Source: a virus (lineage: Duplodnaviria > Heunggongvirae > Uroviricota > Caudoviricetes). Taken from it: a stretch of DNA of 16,163 nucleotides. The notes beneath the pieces were generated by a model. It was not told the origin of the DNA, ran no database searches, and was given only the letters and a program-made list of their open reading frames with translations. Below, one piece after another: positions 14,755 to 16,163 of the stretch. The first letter of the stretch is position 1. The number at the start of each line of letters is the position of its first letter. Position numbers and translations under genes: made by a program. The stretch lies in IMG/VR virus record IMGVR_UViG_2744054628_000001. One strand, 5' to 3'.

Positions 14755-16163
14755 ATGGGTAAAGGCAGCAGTAAGGGGCATACCCCGCGCGAAGCGAAGG
14801 ATAACCTGAAATCCACGCAGCTGCTGAGTGTGATCGATGCCATCAGCGAAGGGCCGATTGAAGGTCCGGTGGATGGATTAAAAAGCGTGCTGCTGAACAG
14901 TACACCGGTGCTGGACAGTGAGGGGAATACCAACATCTCCGGTGTCACGGTGGTGTTCCGGGCAGGTGAGCAAGAGCAGACACCGCCGGAGGGATTTGAA
15001 TCCTCCGGTTCCGAGACGGTGCTGGGTACGGAAGTGAAATACGACACGCCGATCACCCGGACCATCACGTCTGCAAACATCGACCGTCTGCGCTTTACCT
15101 TCGGTGTGCAGGCACTGGTGGAAACCACCTCAAAGGGGGACCGGAATCCGTCGGAAGTCCGCCTGCTGGTTCAGATCCAGCGTAATGGTGGCTGGGTGAC
15201 GGAAAAAGACATCACCATTAAGGGCAAAACCACCTCGCAGTATCTGGCCTCGGTGGTGGTGGGTAACCTGCCGCCGCGCCCGTTCAATATACGGATGCGC
15301 AGGATGACGCCGGACAGCACCACAGACCAGCTGCAGAACAAAACGCTCTGGTCGTCATACACCGAAATCATCGATGTGAAACAGTGCTACCCGAACACGG
15401 CACTGGTCGGCGTGCAGGTGGATTCGGAGCAGTTCGGCAGCCAGCAGGTGAGCCGTAATTATCATCTGCGCGGGCGCATTCTGCAGGTGCCGTCGAACTA
15501 TAACCCGCAGACGCGGCAATACAGCGGTATCTGGGACGGAACGTTTAAGCCAGCATACAGCAACAACATGGCCTGGTGTCTGTGGGATATGCTGACCCAT
15601 CCGCGCTACGGCATGGGGAAACGTCTTGGTGCGGCGGATGTGGACAAATGGGCGCTGTATGTCATCGGCCAGCATTGCGATCAGTCGGTGCCGGACGGTT
15701 TTGGCGGCACGGAGCCGCGCATCACCTGTAATGCGTACCTGACCACACAGCGCAAGGCGTGGGATGTGCTCAGTGATTTCTGCTCTGCGATGCGCTGTAT
15801 GCCGGTATGGAACGGGCAGACGCTGACGTTCGTGCAGGACCGACCGTCGGATAAGGTGTGGACCTATAACCGCAGTAATGTGGTGATGCCGGATGATGGT
15901 GCGCCGTTCCGCTACAGCTTCAGTGCCCTGAAGGACCGCCATAATGCCGTTGAGGTGAACTGGATTGACCCGAATAACGGCTGGGAGACGGCGACAGAGC
16001 TTGTGGAGGACACGCAGGCCATTGCCCGTTACGGTCGTAACGTCACGAAGATGGATGCTTTTGGCTGTACCAGCCGGGGGCAGGCACACCGCACCGGGCT
16101 GTGGCTGATTAAAACAGAACTGCTGGAAACGCAGACCGTGGACTTCAGCGTGGGTGCCGAAGG
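14755..16163 (+). CDS. J: Tail tip / host specificity protein gpJ, N-terminal about 469 codons (runs off the window end)
   Basis: Open frame from ATG 14755 to the window end (absent from the ORF track because it has no stop). Translation MGKGSSKGHTPREAKDNLKSTQLLSVIDAISEGPIEGPVDGLKSV... matches lambda J as I remember it; GGAG 8 nt upstream. Confidence 0.93.
   Translation, partial: MGKGSSKGHTPREAKDNLKSTQLLSVIDAISEGPIEGPVDGLKSVLLNSTPVLDSEGNTNISGVTVVFRAGEQEQTPPEGFESSGSETVLGTEVKYDTPITRTITSANIDRLRFTFGVQALVETTSKGDRNPSEVRLLVQIQRNGGWVTEKDITIKGKTTSQYLASVVVGNLPPRPFNIRMRRMTPDSTTDQLQNKTLWSSYTEIIDVKQCYPNTALVGVQVDSEQFGSQQVSRNYHLRGRILQVPSNYNPQTRQYSGIWDGTFKPAYSNNMAWCLWDMLTHPRYGMGKRLGAADVDKWALYVIGQHCDQSVPDGFGGTEPRITCNAYLTTQRKAWDVLSDFCSAMRCMPVWNGQTLTFVQDRPSDKVWTYNRSNVVMPDDGAPFRYSFSALKDRHNAVEVNWIDPNNGWETATELVEDTQAIARYGRNVTKMDAFGCTSRGQAHRTGLWLIKTELLETQTVDFSVGAE

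Larger units (their letters stand above)
1..16163. mobile_element. Lambdoid prophage late/morphogenesis region (lysis remnant, packaging, head and tail genes); extends beyond both window ends
   Basis: Contiguous run of phage structural genes in lambda-like order, with translationally coupled overlapping stop/start codons (TAATG at 329 and 12363, TGATG at 2640, ATGA at 8813). Tail proteins M, L, K, I, J closely resemble lambda proteins as I remember them. Confidence 0.95.

Noticed and set aside
15355-16089. 244 aa minus-strand ORF
   Set aside because: Entirely antisense to the well-supported J coding sequence; Arg/His-rich translation typical of a GC-rich antisense frame; no SD.
1-16163. Search for a cos site (lambda-type GGGCGGCGACCT), tRNA genes, CRISPR repeats, IS elements or integrase
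   Set aside because: None found by eye. cos would normally lie just upstream of the small terminase gene, which is largely missing here, so it may be deleted or outside the window.

Overview
This window is the late (morphogenesis) region of a lambdoid prophage from an Enterobacteriaceae host (E. coli-like), identified by reading the ORF translations against remembered lambda and phage 21 proteins; no search was run. On the + strand the order is: a chimeric holin-like ORF, terminase large subunit (gpA-like), gpW-like protein, portal, a ClpP-like protease fused to the major capsid protein, and a DUF2190 head protein. A lambda-like tail module follows (Z, U, V, G/GT, H, M, L, K, I, and the 5' part of J). 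Two structural anomalies stand out. (1) A block of about 2.8 kb (roughly 6694-9512) carrying Z-U-V-G-T lies inverted, and both flanking genes are split across its ends: FII (N-terminus on + at 6523, C-terminus on - ending at 9400) and the tape measure gene H (N-terminus on - from 6900, body on + to 12363). Re-inverting the block would restore both reading frames. (2) The first ORF (45-329) joins the N-terminus of a phage-21-type pinholin to an acidic tail resembling a small-terminase C-terminus, with no endolysin, spanin or intact small terminase gene between holin and terminase. If the sequence is a correct assembly, this prophage is probably defective for lysis, packaging and tail assembly. 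I also mark three intrinsic-terminator-like hairpins and a candidate G-T frameshift site. No tRNA, CRISPR or IS element was seen.
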